Shown piece after piece: positions 62,357 to 64,000 of a stretch of 64,000 bases of DNA. Source of the stretch: an uncultured bacterium (GTDB lineage: Bacteria > Patescibacteriota > Saccharimonadia > UBA4664); NCBI GenBank assembly GCA_963740635.1, contig CAVUEQ010000001.1, forward strand, positions 145,026 through 209,025, written 5' to 3'. A program made the position numbers and the translations under genes. Numbering within the stretch: position 1 is the first letter of the stretch; each line of letters opens with the position of its first letter. The notes beneath the pieces were generated by a model. That model worked only from the letters and a program-made list of their open reading frames with translations, did no database searches and was not told the origin of the DNA.

Positions 62357-62534
62357 GGTGAATAAGGTATCAGTTCTTACGCTTTAACGTCTAGGGCAAT
62401 ATTTGGCGGGCAGTTATGCACTGGGAGCCGACGTTAACAGGTGCACAGGTGGCAAGTCAAGACGTAATGTGTACACAAACGAAGGAGGGCCCGAAAGCCG
62501 CGGACAATAATGTCCTCTCCTTCGAGCCCTGGGC

Positions 62535-63227
62535 TCACATGAGGTGGATGAAACCACGAACGAACGGTACGGCGTTGCGCCTGCCGGTCGTGGCGTTGCA
62601 CCCTGCGGTCTGCATTGCCTCTCGGAATTCGGGATTGTCGGATACGCCGACGATGCTGCCCGTGAAGCCCCAGGAGCGAGCGAGCCTGATGATGTCGACT
62701 GCGCTGGCCGGGAATTGGCCTTCAGTTTCAAGGCCGAGGCTGCTGTCGCCGATCACGATCAGCCTGAGGTACGATAGCCCCATGTCCCTTGTCAGGAAGT
62801 TGCGCAGACTCTTGAGCGCGTCGTGGGCGTTTGTGTAGGCGCCATGGCTCCAGCCTCCGAGGAATATATCGCCCCAGGCCTTGAGCGTGCTTGAGGCGCC
62901 GTCCACGAGTAGCGCGTTGCGGGGTACGGTTCCGTGGCTGGCCCTCGCGCCCTCGATCAATTCCTCGAGCATTTCGCAATACCGAGTCCGGTTGCCGGTA
63001 AAGGCGCGTCCGAAGAACCAGTGGTGTAGCAGCGCACCGGGACGGAAAGAGGCCATGCTACTTTCGGCGGCAGAGGTGGGCTTGTGCGGTTCGGCAAAAG
63101 CACTGCTCCAGATAAGTTCCTGGATAACGCTGCCGAGCCAGTTTGCCTTCGCCATGCTTGCGGGGCTGGCAGTGGCGGTGTAGTCGCCGGTTACATCGTC
63201 GAATGTGACTGTCACGTTAGCGCTCAT
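62535..63227 (-). CDS. hypothetical protein (230 aa), no recognisable family
   Basis: A clean ORF with ordinary amino-acid composition (MSANVTVTFDDVTGDYTATASP...). Divergent from the FAD-oxidase gene. Confidence 0.5.
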   Translation of the reverse strand: MSANVTVTFDDVTGDYTATASPASMAKANWLGSVIQELIWSSAFAEPHKPTSAAESSMASFRPGALLHHWFFGRAFTGNRTRYCEMLEELIEGARASHGTVPRNALLVDGASSTLKAWGDIFLGGWSHGAYTNAHDALKSLRNFLTRDMGLSYLRLIVIGDSSLGLETEGQFPASAVDIIRLARSWGFTGSIVGVSDNPEFREAMQTAGCNATTGRRNAVPFVRGFIHLM

Positions 63228-63404
63228 GACGCTCCTTTGGGGTTGGGAAAGATCGGGTAAAGCGTAGGCCGCATGTAATTGTGGAACAAAGTTGCTGGGT
63301 TGTCAAGATTGGAACTAGCAGGTTTGCAAGCGTAGTGTAGATGTGGGATAACCAGATTGCGCCTTCCTGGTGCACTTTCTTACGAGTCGCCAAGGAGGCG
63401 AACT

Positions 63405-64000
63405 TTGAAAACCCCAAATTTGGTCAGGGACCTTCGCCGGCGGGTCCGGAAAGGCTATGTCCAAGACGACGCGCAAATTAACCGGACCTTCGGGTTTGAG
63501 CCAACCGGCCGGTTTACCTACGACGGCTCGATTGACGTGGTCGTGCATCCGGGCACAGTCGGCGAGCTGGCGGCGGTGCTGGGGTACCTGGGCGACAATG
63601 GTCGCTTGATTCCGAACATACCCGTGGCCGGCGGCACAGGCTCCGTGGGGGGACAAGTCCCGCGGCGGGGAGCCCCGGCGCCGGTGATCATTAGCGTCGA
63701 CCGGCTTAATTGGATCGGCGAACCCTCACCTACCGGATTGATAACGGTGGGCGCGGGGGTGCCGCTATACAGGCTCGATGAAGTCTGCCCTCCCGGCTAC
63801 GCCTTTGGCCTGGACATCGGGTCGAAGGGAGCCGCCATGGTCGGCGGCGCCGGCGGTACTAATGCCGGCGGTCGCCTGGGTCTGCGGTATAGGCGGATGC
63901 GCGATCAGCTGCGGGGGGTGACTTTTGTGCTCCCGACCGGCCAGGTGGTGAAACATCTGGCCGAAGTGCCGGGCCTGCCGCCCAACCTCGGCGATCTGGC
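63405..64000 (+). CDS. FAD-binding (PCMH/FAD_binding_4-type) oxidoreductase, N-terminal part only
   Basis: AAGGAGG RBS plus TTG at 63405. My own translation gives VVVHPGTVGELAAVLGYL...VAGGTGSVGGQ...IISVDRLNWI...ITVGAGVPL...GGAGGTNAGGRLGLRY. The frame is open to the window end and is absent from the ORF track because it has no stop. Confidence 0.7.
   Translation, partial: MKTPNLVRDLRRRVRKGYVQDDAQINRTFGFEPTGRFTYDGSIDVVVHPGTVGELAAVLGYLGDNGRLIPNIPVAGGTGSVGGQVPRRGAPAPVIISVDRLNWIGEPSPTGLITVGAGVPLYRLDEVCPPGYAFGLDIGSKGAAMVGGAGGTNAGGRLGLRYRRMRDQLRGVTFVLPTGQVVKHLAEVPGLPPNLGDL

Overview
GC-rich, tightly packed bacterial chromosome segment with about 60 protein genes. Many neighbours share 1-4 nt start/stop overlaps (ATGA, GTGA, TAATG). 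Reading by eye, I found no rRNA, tRNA, CRISPR array, transposase, integrase or phage gene. Family calls rest on motif recognition in the supplied translations; no search was run. The window is dominated by cell-envelope growth and division genes. These include mreB-mreC-mreD-mrdA and a trimmed dcw cluster (mraZ-rsmH-ftsL-ftsI-mraY-ftsW-murG-ftsQ). murD is displaced to sit behind secA. There is also a class A PBP, and ftsE-ftsX is followed by a coiled-coil/CHAP (PcsB-like) hydrolase and an S41 protease. Housekeeping genes are greA, class I lysyl-tRNA synthetase, serS, hpf, secA, glyQS, recO, xseAB, rpmA, pyrG, prfB and topA. Several features together are what I associate with Patescibacteria/CPR (Saccharibacteria-like) genomes, though this is unverified: class I LysRS, receiver-only response regulators, LPXTG proteins, a sigma-region-4/HARE-HTH protein, and a membrane-anchored TraD/VirD4-like ATPase with a large unknown N-domain. 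Points most worth a second look: (1) the orphan TraD/VirD4-like ATPase (28570-31425), next to the sigma-like protein, sitting where ftsA/ftsZ usually follow ftsQ; (2) two paralogous LPXTG surface proteins whose promoters, terminators and unusually long conserved C-terminal tails are duplicated; (3) secA broken by two single-base deletions at homopolymers; (4) a leaderless Cys-rich small ORF with terminator/antiterminator geometry at the left edge; (5) MraZ-box repeats and a perfect DnaA box at the dcw promoter; (6) several unexplained AT-rich intergenic islands carrying long inverted or direct repeats. I cannot show that any of these is a new system; they are ranked candidates.
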